The position numbers and the translations under genes were made by a program. The notes under the pieces were generated by a model. The model worked only from the letters and a program-made list of their open reading frames with translations. It had not been told where the DNA came from and searched no databases. Below are positions 37,173 to 48,547 of a stretch of 64,000 nt of DNA, piece after piece (position 1 is the stretch's first letter; each line of letters opens with the position of its first letter). Source of the stretch: Azolla caroliniana (lineage: Eukaryota > Plantae > Polypodiophyta); contig JBHGNT010000022.1 in NCBI GenBank assembly GCA_043228905.1, forward strand, positions 5,146,001-5,210,000, read 5' to 3'.

Positions 37173-39822
37173 TGTCAAGACTGAGAGAGAGAAAGAGAGA
37201 GAAAAAGAGAGAGAGAGATAATTGAAAGAGAATTATTATATTGAAGCGTAAAATGGATTACAAAGAGTAGGCTACAAAATGACGTTGAACCAATTTAGGT
37301 TTGGGATGGGTGGTAGATCCCTATTTATAAGTAATAGAGAACACTCTAGAATATTCTAGGTTATCCTAGAATGTAGAGTAATCTAGAAGATCTCTAGAGT
37401 ATTCTAGAAGGTTCTAGTGGTATAGAACACTCTAGAATATTCTAGGTCATTCTAGAATGTAGAGTAATATAGAATATTCCTATGATATTAGATTTCATAT
37501 TCTAGAGTCTATACATATAAGAATATTAATACAATGGTTAAAGATTTGACATGTGTACAACAAGGTCGTGGGTTCAAATCCTTTCGAGTCATATCGATGA
37601 TTTTAGAATCGAGAACGGCAGCAACTTCAAATTCAGGCCCATCCAAGAACTCGACAGGTGGGGGGGTGTCATAAGACGGCCTGGAATTGAACTTGTAGTA
37701 TAAGGGTTCCAAAAGGGATACATGAAACACCGGATGAAGATGCATGTGCGGAGGGAGGTCAAGACGAAACGTAACATCACTTATCTTACCAGTGATCATG
37801 TAAGGGCCAAAACGTTGGTAATCCAATTTACTGCAAGGTCGAGTGGTCTTGATGTTGTGTTGGAGAAGCCATACATGATCCCCAATGCAGAACTTTTTTG
37901 AGGAGTCTAGACAATGACGATCGGCAAGCCTCTTGTGTGTAAATTGAGCATCGTGCAAAATGTGGAGAATGTTAGCTTGAATTTCTTGGAGGCGACTAAG
38001 ACGATCCTTGACAGCAGGGTTAGTAGGAACTTCTGGATGCGCATTCATCGTCCACCGAGGATGCCATCCCGTATTTGCAAAAAATGGGGAATATCTTGTA
38101 GAAGAATGGGTTGAGTTGTTGTAAGCAAAATCCGCCAAGTGCAAAAAATCAACCCAATCATCTTGTTGATAGTTGATGAAACAACGAAGATATTGTTCCA
38201 ATGTCTGGTTGGTACGCTCTGTTTGGCCATTTGTTTCAAGATGATAGCCCGAAGAAAGCTTAACTGAAATGTGGAGAAGTTTGAACAGGTGCTTCCAAAA
38301 CTTTGAGATGAATTGTGGACCACGATCACTAATAATATCATTAGGCAGACCATTATGCTTAAATACCTCCCGCATAACGAGATCAACCGCCTCTTGACTA
38401 GTAATCGACTTTGTACATGGCAAGAAATGTGCCATTTTGGTAAATCGATCAACCACTGTGAGAATTGCATCAAAACCTTTTGAAATTGGGAGATCAGTAA
38501 TGAAGTCCAAGGATATAAACTTCCAAGGAGTTTCCGGAATGGGAAGTGATTGTAGTAAACCATAGGGTCGGTGACGAGGATTCTTTGATCGACAACATAT
38601 ATCACAGCTCCGAACATACTCCTCAACAAAATGACGAAGGCGAGGCCGCCAATAGCGTCGAGAAATTAATTCTAGAGTCTTGTGAACTCCAAAATGACCA
38701 GCCATTGGTGAGTCATGGCAATGTTGCAAAACTTGTAGCCGTGGGGGACCATCAGGAACATACAATAAATTTTGTCGAAATAGAAAACCACCATGCCAAT
38801 AGAACTGACAATAGTCATTACGAGGATTTTTCGACCGTGAGCAAGAAGCACGATCCGGGACGATATGATCCAAAACATCCTTGGCAAAATCATAAATGGC
38901 CATATGATCTCGAATGGAATCAAGAAGAGTGGAATTTTCAAGAGTTGTTATGGCGTTAACTACCATTAATCGTAATCTATTAGGACCCAAAAGGATTTGT
39001 TTTTGATGCTCAAATGCAGGTTCCCCTGGACGAAGTTCCATATAAGAGCGTCGAGAAAGAGCATCTACTTTGCCTTGCTGCATCCTAGGGTGATATATGA
39101 TGATAAAGTCAAAGTGAGTCAAAAATTGCGTCCACCGGGCTTGTCGCCGACTCAAGACTCGAGCATTTTGGAAATAAGTCAGGTTCTTATGATCATTGTA
39201 GACAATGATCTGCTGAGAAGAACCTTCTAGGAAATGTCGCCATTGTTGAAACGAATCCACGATTGCAAGAAGCTCTTTGTCATGGATCTCGTAGTTGATC
39301 TCTGCAACTTCAAACTTTCGTGAATGAAAGGCGACAGAGTGTAGTTGTCCATCATCTCCAGTCTGTGAGAGGACACTCCCTAGTGCAAAATCGGATGCAT
39401 TGGCTTCGAGGATGAAGCGTTTTGTTGGGTCGACATGTGCTAAGATAGGTGCTGTTGTAAATGCTCGTTTTAAGCTTTCGAATGCCTCGGCTGCATCTGA
39501 ACTCCATATAAATGGTTGATCTTTATGTGTGAGCTAAGTAAGCGGAAGCACAACCTTGGAATAATCTTTAATAAATTTTCGATAAAAATTTGCAAACCCG
39601 AGAAAACATTGCACATCACGCACTGAAAGGGGCGTTTGCCACTCTAAAATTGCTTGTACCTTCATGGGGTCCATAGCAATACCATTTGACAATACAACAT
39701 ACCCCAAAAATTCCACTTGATTCTGGCCGAAACTACACTTTTCTAATTTTGCGTAGAGACCATATTCTCGAAGTCGACGCAGTACCTGACGAACATGTTC
39801 GTCATGCTCCTCTTGGTCATAA
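37173..39822 (-). mobile_element. Chromovirus (Tcn1-like) Ty3/gypsy 3' fragment: RT end, RNase H, integrase, partial chromodomain, partial LTR
   Basis: ORF 37509-39260: CHDSPMAGHFG, ISLDFITDLP, ISDRGPQF, GQTERTNQTLEQYLR, GPY, HPVFHVSLL; chromodomain start FEVAAVLDSKI; LTR from TGTCAAGA 37173 with TCTAGAA repeats. Confidence 0.9.
37521..37591 (+). other. tRNA-like (SINE-head-like) fragment replacing the chromodomain end and PPT
   Basis: TAATACAATGG..AGGTC-GTGGGTTCAAATCC between the chromodomain start and the LTR. Confidence 0.45.
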
Positions 39823-40389
39823 AACCTTTTTAAGTAAGGCCCCTAGTTGTTACAAAATATGGCAAATGTCACTAAAAAGTCTGATTTTGACAGAAAGTTT
39901 GGTATCTTTTCACACATATACTAAATTGTTCCCCCAAAGACACAATATTCCTATTTAAATTTTGTGTTTTATACAGTAACTCAATACGCCGTATCAAGTT
40001 CCTGTATAAAGTTAGTGTTTATATAGGAACTCAATACAGGGTATCGAGTTAAACATACTTTACACAAGAACTCGATACGTCGTATCGAGTTCCTGTGCAA
40101 AACATAAACTTTAAACAGGAACTCGATACAGCGTATCGAGTTCCTTTATAGAACACATACTTTACATAGGAACTCGATACGCCGTATCGAGTTCCTGTAT
40201 GAAACAAGAACTTTATACAAGAACTCGATACGTCGTATCAAGTTCTTGTATAAAACACGGAGTTTATACAGGAACTCAATACGCCATATCGAGTTCCTCT
40301 ATAAAACACGAACATAATACAGGAACTCCATACGGCGTATCGAGTTCCTGTTGAAAACGCAAACTTTATACAAGAACTCGATACGTTGT

Positions 40390-41553
40390 TGTCCTGAAGA
40401 TCCGTCACTAGGCATGAATCGTGAGGTGGAACCGTCGGGGTTCTGGACTGGAAGAATTCGAAGTTTATGCTAGTTTTAGCGAGAAAGTATTAAAGATAGA
40501 TTGAGAGAGATTGATATGGCAAGAGAGAGATACTGAAATAAAGATTTAACTCTTGATTTTAGATTTGAGAGAGAAGATACATCAACAATAGGGTTACAAG
40601 TCTCTTATTTGATCGTCCAAACATTTTACATTAGTCCTTTCATCTTTTTCCTCCCCTCTTTTATAGATGGCTTCATGCATTTGAGGGTACAAGACATGCA
40701 TAAAATGCATGTTTGCCATTTGGCGCTCATGTATTACATGTGGTGCATGAGAACCATGTCACTCATTTTAGCTCTCATGTATGAGAATTTACATGTAAAG
40801 TTACAATGATAAAAATATAATTCCAAGAAAATGTGTTGTCTTAGTGGTAAGCCTATTGACTCTCAACTTGGAGGTGCAAGGTTCAAATCCTTACTTTCCC
40901 TCCTTGTGTATATGTATAAATATTTATTTATTTATTTATTCATCTAGTCGTCGGATGTCGGTTACCGTCCGGTGCCGGATGTCGGTTACCATTCGGTCAT
41001 CGGATCCTAGTTCCGTCGCCTGATGTACCATCCGATCGTCGGATCCCAGTTCCGTCGTCGGATGCCAGTTACTGTATGGTTCCGTCACCGGATCCCGGTT
41101 CCATTGTTGGTTGCCGCCGGCTCATTGGCTCCGTCGTCGATCCAATTTTGGTTGGCCAAAACCTTTGCAAGTAGCCAGGCCACACCCACTCATCCAATAG
41201 CTTAGTTCAAGTCACCTTGAACTCTCTATGCTCCACACATAGACACAAAGATAATAGCTTTTGCTCTACCTTATATATGGTGAGATCCTTATTTCCTGTC
41301 TATATGGGATATTTCACAATTTTATTTTTATCTCTGTCTTTGTAAACTTCCTACCCACATAAGTTGACACTTAGATGTTCGTTTCTTATGTAGTAAAGTG
41401 CATCCGAAAGCTCTTCAAGACCTCCATCTTTTTGTACTAAGATATTAAACTTACTTAAAATTAGTATCTTCGCTATTATTGTTTTATATGAATCACACTC
41501 GATTTCGTACGTTTTATGTGATTTTCACACCATTGCCGAAAATCTTCACGACA
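40390..41553 (-). mobile_element. Gypsy solo LTR related to the 10100-17514 LTRs
   Basis: TG..CA ends; 4-bp TSD TTGT; minus-strand start TGTCGTGAAGA identical to 10100; shared GCGCCAAATGG..CATGCA block and TATAAAAGAGGGG; internal ~20-bp repeats 40947-41150. Confidence 0.9.
40836..40894 (+). other. tRNA-like cassette in solo LTR (anticodon-like CTC)
   Basis: TGTCTTAGTGGTAAG..CTCTCAA..GAGGTG-CAAGG TTCAAAT CCTTA; antisense to the LTR, same relative position as cassette B. Confidence 0.55.
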
Positions 41554-42489
41554 TTGTATCGAGTTCTTGAGTGCTAAAACATATTTACAAAAATGTCCAG
41601 AGTGTCAGAAACTTATCTGGAGTCTTGGCGCTCGATTTTCTTTGAAGACATGGTGGACGTTGTCGATGCTTAGGGGGAGATCTCAGTTTGGTGTTGTGTG
41701 CTCTTGTGCTTTGTTCTGTGCGTGTGCTCTGTGTGACTGAAATATGAGGAGGTCTTCCTATTTATTGGAATTGATCACAGTGGTTAAAGTAACCAGAGTC
41801 ACTTTAACCAGGGTTGGCAACGTTAAGGTTAGTTAATTAGTAACCACAGTCACTTTAACCATATTTACTTTATTTAGTACCTAATCTTGAGTGTACCAAT
41901 CACTCTCTAATGGATTTGAAATAAATGAAGCTTATGAATGCATCAATGATTAAATAGTCAAACTAACATAATAATGATTATTTTATAGTCAAACTAACAT
42001 ACAATGACTTTGAAGGCCATGAAGTAAGCAATGATAGAGGTTCATGAATGAACCAATGATTGAATACTCAAAGGAACATTTTTATGACTCTTAATTGCTT
42101 TATAGTAAAGATGTGGCCATGAATGAACCAATGATTGAAAAGTCTTATATTTAAAATGGTGGGCCTGAATGAACCAATGACTGAGAAGTTCTATATTAAA
42201 TATGGGTGCCATTAATTAACCAATGATTTTAACTTTAAACCAACATATAAGTGTCTTGGTAATGATTGTAATTATATTATACTTGATTTAACTTTATAAA
42301 GACTAGTTTAAGTAATTATTAATATGTTGAATACAATTGTTATATTAAAAATAATATCTTTTTTTATTGTATTAATATAATATTTAATAATATAGACATT
42401 ATATTGAGGGAGTTTATGTTTAGAAGCTTATCAGTTTTTTATGTTAGCCTAAGCACATAACTTAAAGAGCTCTGTGTGAACCTTAATCC

Positions 42490-45248
42490 ATGAGTGAAGA
42501 CTCACTGTTCTCGATTAAAGAATATTGTTTGTCATCAGACTCTTTGTTTTCTACCGAAGAGTATTGTCTGTCGACAGACTCACCATTTTCTATCGAAGAA
42601 TATTGTCTAAGCTCATCTTCACCTACAACGCCTGTGAATAATGACACATGTGAAGAGTTCTCTATTGAAGAATACGATATTAATAAAGATACGGAGAATG
42701 AAGGTAGTGCCAATAAAACATCGAATATCATGGGCGATGGTCACAACAAAGAATTGGATAGTAACAAGGTTACACCAACTTCTATGCAGGAAGAGAAATC
42801 TGGAAGCCCTATGCATATTAGAAGAATCCCACGAAGAATTCTTCTGGCTAGATTTAACTTGGTGACATCAGATAAGCAGATTGGATTTGATGTCAAAAAA
42901 ATATGTTGTGCCCCCCGTGGTTGTATGTCTATGATTGGAAAATCAAAGTTGCGAGAATTAAGGCGGTACTATTTTTCGATGACTGGTGATGAGCAAGACA
43001 CTTACCTCGGGCCACATATGCAACTAGTGTTTGACAAATGTACGGAGATCAAAGTATCATTCGAGTATTATATCTTCCATGCGCAACAGATATGTAGAGT
43101 TACATTCAAAATTGTGTAATGTGTTAGTAACATGCGGCTACATAGAGTACAACAACGTCTACTTAGCGGGGATCAGATGCTCAATTGTAAAGAGGTTCCA
43201 AGTATGAAAGGTGCAATTGGAAGACATGCTATTGGTTGGATGAAAAGTTACTTTTAGTTAAATTATGAAGTAATGCCCACTACAGGTAGGATGCACCTCT
43301 TTGATAATTACACACGTCGGGAAGTTTATGATGTCTATCGATCTGATATGGTGGGCTCACGTAATAAGTCTGTCACATATAACCAATTCACAAGATTATG
43401 GAGAGCTCGGTTTTCAAATGTTATCATTCCACGTAAAGTACGCATGGGATATTGCTCCATTTGTGCAAATCTTAAAAATTTGGCTAAAGGTGCAAAGACA
43501 TCAATGGAAAAGGATATGAGTAAGAAGTTACTACATGAGCATCGTGAGGCACAATCGTTAGAACGAAAGAAGGCGATGCATCATAGAGAAAAGTGTTTGA
43601 AGAGGCCCGAACAATACATGTGTTTAATGATAGATGGCATGGACCAGAAGAAGACATGCTTGTCGCATATGCGGAGGCTCCCCAAAGATGTCAATGATGA
43701 GTGCCTTGTTCAAATGCACTTGGTGGGATGCTTGGCTTATAATAGGTCAGTTGGAACTCACGTCTTCATTACATACCCCAACCTAACCTAACCTAACAAT
43801 GACCCTAACCTAACAGTTACAGTGATTCACCGAGTTTTGATGTCTTGGGGCCAACCATCCCCCCTTGTTCTATACATTCAATTGGACAATACTGCTAGAG
43901 AGAACAAAAATTCAACTGTGTTTGGCTATCTAAGTATGTTGGTTAACCAAGGATTGTTTAGAAAAGTGAAAGTAAATTTTCTTTTGGTTGGCCACACACA
44001 TGATCATATAGATCAGATGTTTAGCACATTCTCCAGACAGTTGTCTCAGCATGATGCTTTCACATTACCTAAACTATTTGATGTCATTTGGGATGCATAT
44101 ACACCACGCCCAAAAGTGTTACACTTGAAGGAGGTATATGACTTTAAGAGATATATATCAGATGGGGTTGTTGGGAATGTTAAAGTGCTCGCCAAGTTAA
44201 ACAATATAAGCTTCAATCACATTTTATGATAAAGAAAAATGAAATAAGTGGTTCTACGCTTTTGTATGCTAAACAATATTAATCTTCTACAACATGGGAA
44301 CCTGAAGGTGGTTGCCAGTTATTATTTTGTATGCCGAGTACAATTGTCCATGGAGCTAAACAAATGCCAATTGAGAAGAAAGGACAGTTACATAGTGACT
44401 TGGTATTGGAACAAAAACGGTTATGGCTCCAAGCCTTAGAAGAAAAAAGAAAGCATATTGAGGCCACCAAGAAATATGCCGCACAACAAGACACGTCATG
44501 GTGGGATGTATTTTTTAGTGATAAAAAAGGAATTATAGACAATTGTGTATTTGGTGATAATTGGAATTTGGAAACGTCATTCATATGGTCGCTACAACAT
44601 GATCGTGTAAATAAAACTCCAGAGCAACCAACAAATGTGATTAATGACAGTTTGGTCCATCCACAACAAAGAGACATTTATGTGGGACCAAGGATGACCA
44701 AAGTAGCCGAAGCTAGATGGCAAGGCAATTTGCAAGAGCTCGCGGCGAGGATGTTGATTGCAACGCAGGCTGATGAGAACTCACATGGCCACCAATTTTG
44801 GGTTGGTAAAATTCTAGAAGTGCTAATGCATGAAATAGAAAACACGATCAAGTCTATAAGCGTTCATTGGTACAACACTAGAAGTGCAAATGCTTTTACA
44901 GGTAAGTATACATTGGAGATGATTGAATGCCCAACAACAAGGGGAAGTAGGAAGAGGAAGCGAAACATTCGTAACACCTCAACCCTTGATATCTCTGATG
45001 TGGATATCATTGTGTACGACTTCACGCTTACAAAAGCTGGACGATTAAGGAAGTCAACAATAGATATAATAAAAGAAAAATTACCAGGTCTACAAGGCGA
45101 CTCGAGTCAAAGGCAAACGAGATCTGCTACATATAATCTAGAGTCAAACCATTTGGTTTATGACGAAGATAATGCACTGATTGGCACGTCCGAGGATGAC
45201 GAGGAGGAATTGTCATTGTATATTAGTTATAGTAGTGATTCTCCGTAA
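42490..45248 (+). pseudogene. Degenerate Sola-like (DUF7869-type) DDD DNA transposase
   Basis: CC..GC and CSIC Cys motifs; LMIDGMDQKK; LYIQLDNTARENKN; FLLVGHTHDHIDQMFS; broken by stops (43119, ~43257) and frameshifts (~43790, ~44227). Confidence 0.75.
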
Positions 45249-45689
45249 AGGAGTGATCATGAATGTATTTTTGGCTATTAAGTGTAACTACATTCCGCTT
45301 GTAACAAATCGAGTAATATAAAAGCATGTGTTTTGAATCTTATGATTTCTAAAAACTCGTTTCTTATAAAATAACATTGGTTGTAAAGTTTGTGATATAA
45401 ATTGAGAATGTAACTTTTTGAAATTCCTCTTTTTTTATTTACTTCTAAATCACGAAAATAGTGGATTTTTAACCTTTTTCATAGTATATTTGAACATGTA
45501 TGATATTGGTATCAATGTGTTTTTTAAAATCATTGAAAAGGCCCTAAAATCAACCAAAATATTCCTTATCCTTCCATTTATGTACGATCCTTCCACTTGT
45601 GAACGCGAACGTGTTTAATTAACTACTACACTACAACCATAACAACTAAATCACAAGCAACAATTTTACTTGTTAGTTTTCTCCACTCA

Positions 45690-46030
45690 TCTAGGAGAAT
45701 TGTACTGCAATCCCCCAAAATAGAATGCAACAATGCGACAGACATATTGAAAACAAACGATATGGTATGTGTGGTTTCATGGTTGTAGGTGAACCAACAG
45801 AGTGGCAGATTTGTCCTCTATACGTAATCCGCAAGCGATGTAACGTGCTTGAACAATCAATATATCGTTTCCTGGTTCTCCTTCATTTGGTAAGGGAGCA
45901 AGAATGTTCAGGTCCAATTCTTGTCTGCTCCTTACCATCCCCTCCACAAAATATAGCAGCTTCTTAAGGAAGCTAACTACCTGTTCTTGACGGGAGTATT
46001 GTTCCTTCAACGCAACCAAGAAATTTACCG
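45690..46030 (-). pseudogene. Degenerate RING-H2-like exon
   Basis: Minus strand reads YIACGL..LQP*NHTYHIVCFQYVC..(frameshift)CSTILLDEWRK. Confidence 0.4.
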
Positions 46031-46083
46031 ATTAATTATTCCTTAATGAGGAAAATACAGCAATAAGAAACAAGAATCATACT

Positions 46084-46655
46084 GTAACTAATTAGCTACT
46101 ACCATACTTCAGTTGAGTAGCTAATTAGCTAAGTGGAAGCTAATTAACTACTACCATAGTTTAGTACAGTAGTTAATTATCTACTACCATAGTTTAGTAC
46201 AGTAGTTAATTAGCTATTACCATAGTTTAATACAGTAGCTAATTAGCTACTACCATACTTTAGTTAAGTAGCTAATTAGCTAAGTGGAAGCTAATTAACT
46301 ACTACCATAGTTTAGTATAGTAGTTAATTATCTACTACCATAGTTTAGTACAGTAGTTAATTAGCTATTACCATAGTTTAATACAGTAGCTAATTAGCTA
46401 CTACCATACTTTAGTTAAGTAGCTAATTAGCTAAGTGGTAGCTAATTAGCTACTACCATACTTCATTAGAGTAACTAATTAGCTAAGTGGTAGCTAATTA
46501 GCTACTACCATACTTTAGTACAATAGTTAATTAGCTAAGTGGTAGCTAATTAACTACTACCATAATTTAGCTGAATAGCTAATTAGCTAAGTGGTAGCCA
46601 ATTAGCTACTACCATAGTTTAGTATAGTAGCTAATTAGCTAAGTGGTAGCTAATT
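46084..46655. repeat. Tandem minisatellite built on the palindrome TAGCTAATTAGCTA
   Basis: More than 20 copies of the core alternating with CTACCATAGTTTAGTACAG or AGTGG spacers; same motif at 35848-35900. Confidence 0.9.
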
Positions 46656-46859
46656 CATTGACTATCAAGACCATGATAGTGCATGCACATATCATTCCTT
46701 CTATCCAATCACATTAGTTCCTTTTTAACATTAGTGAACATACCCTTCACTTATGTACATATCAGTGACCTACTACACATAACATCTTGGTCCACACAAC
46801 AAGAATCAAGGAGCTAAAGCGGGATGCGTATATGGTGTACATGCTAGATGATTGTACGA

Positions 46860-47240
46860 GCTACGTATGATACTATTGCTGCTGCTACTACTACTGCTAC
46901 TACTGGTCGTGTTGCTCGTTGTTGTTGCTACTACTACTAATACAACAACAACAACAACTAGTGCTGCCACTACCTGTGATACCAAATGATCCTACAAGCT
47001 GCCCGTGGTACAATTTTTGCTACTACTGCTACTGCTAAGTCCTACTACTAGTGTTGCCACTACTTGTGATACCAGATGATCGTACGAGTTGCCCGTGGTA
47101 CAATTGTTGCTACTACTACTACTGCTGCTATTGCTAACTCCTACTACTAGTGTTGCCACTACCTGTGATACCAGATGATCGTACGAGCTGTTTGCGATAC
47201 CATTGCTGGTGCTACTACTATTATTGGTGGTGGTGGTGTT
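46860..47240. repeat. (TAC/TGC)n-rich repeat with three ~90-100-bp units
   Basis: ACTAGTG(C/T)TGCCACTACCTGTGATACCA..GATC.TAC.AG..GCCCGTGGTACAATT at ~46957, ~47047, ~47146. Confidence 0.8.
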
Positions 47241-47251
47241 ATTACTAATTA

Positions 47252-47563
47252 GGGAAAAGTACCAAGATACCCCTAGAAGTTCATCTATTTACTAGAATGC
47301 CCCTGGAAGTTCCAAATTTACAAAACTACCCCTATGTCCAAAAAATTACACTTTATAAAGTAATTATACACTCAAATCTACAAGCCCTATTTACCAAAGA
47401 TGGAAGAAATGGACTCGAACTAGCCCTATTTACCAAAGATTTGAGTGTATAATTACTTTATAAAGTGTAATTTTTTGGACATAGGGGTAGTTTGGTAAAT
47501 TTGGAACTTCTAGGGGCATTATGGTAAATAGACGAACTTCCAAGGTATCATGGTACTTTTCCC
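47252..47563. mobile_element. Mutator-like foldback MITE
   Basis: ~128-bp TIRs GGGAAAAGTACC..GGTACTTTTCCC; degenerate 9-bp TSD TACTAATTA/TACTACCTA. Confidence 0.85.
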
Positions 47564-48547
47564 TACTACCTACTACTACTACTACTACTAATGTGAGTAG
47601 TGTGTAATGGGGGGGGCTACATTTGCAATTTCTAGAAAGGAGGACGGCATTCACACAGTTTCACTCACAGATGATTGACAGAACTGAAAATAGAAAAACA
47701 CCGAAGAATTTACCTACATACATGACTTACCTTTGCTGAAAGCTTCAGATCCTCGTCTTCCAGATCTCTGCAGAACATCCACGCTTGATGCCAGCAGAAA
47801 TTCTATGCTCCAGTTCCCTCCCCGGACTTCTGGTGTCAGATCATATCTATCTAGCATAGCTATCAGAAGGTAAGTCGATATTTCAGATTGATCGATTGAT
47901 TCTTTCAGTGAAGAGATGGAAGATGAAGAAGGTCGGGATCCATTTCTTTCCTTTATGTTTGTTCTTTCCACATCAGTTGAGAATACCTTTAGAATTAAAT
48001 CTTTAAAATGCGAGATTTCTCTGTGTAGTGACACAGCTAGAACTTTGAAGTCCTATGAGCGAAGGTAAAGAGTTGTGCGTGGTTAGTTTAGTGAAGATAT
48101 CAGATATTAATTTTCAGTGTATATAAAGGATCTCTTTACTGAATCCATATTAAATGTCTCTATCTTTGCAGAGTTCTTCAAAGATCAGATGTATCGGAAT
48201 TTCTATCTTCCAAATGAATATACACATAAGTACTTATTTTCTCGGTACCATTATTTATAGGTTGAAAAATCTTGGAAAACGTGTGTGTTTTTAAACAGGT
48301 AGATAGAGCTTCCCATTGGTGCAGTAAAGTGAGGTGAAAGATGAAGAGGTGCAGGATTCGAGTTGAAAAAACCAAGATAACTACCTATTTTTTCCTTATA
48401 CTTTAGAGAATTTCGTCGATCAAAACTTGAAAGGGAAGTGTAATGAAACCTTAAGAAAGGACTGCTTGAGAAAGGAAAACTTGAAGAAAGCAACTGCTCC
48501 TGTGTGGCCAGTTTGGAAATACATACATACATCACACACATTTGAGA

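Larger units (their letters stand above)
39974..41568. repeat. Tandem array of ~9 palindromic 51-bp units, last unit split by a solo LTR
   Basis: Core AGGAACTCGATACG-C-CGTATCGAGTTCCT at 40117, 40168, 40219, 40270, 40321, 40372 (period 51); last unit resumes at 41558. Confidence 0.9.

Noticed and set aside
39974-40389. CRISPR-like array of palindromic repeats
   Set aside because: Spacers are copies of one another, there are no cas genes and the context is eukaryotic; it is a tandem repeat.
35451-45613. CACGTTCG..CGAACGTG as TIRs of one 10-kb DNA transposon
   Set aside because: Only 8 bp exact; the left match lies inside a copia LTR remnant; TSD not convincing.
47714-48034. 106-aa minus-strand ORF upstream of the ATPase
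   Set aside because: No recognisable motif; overlaps the probable 5' UTR region.
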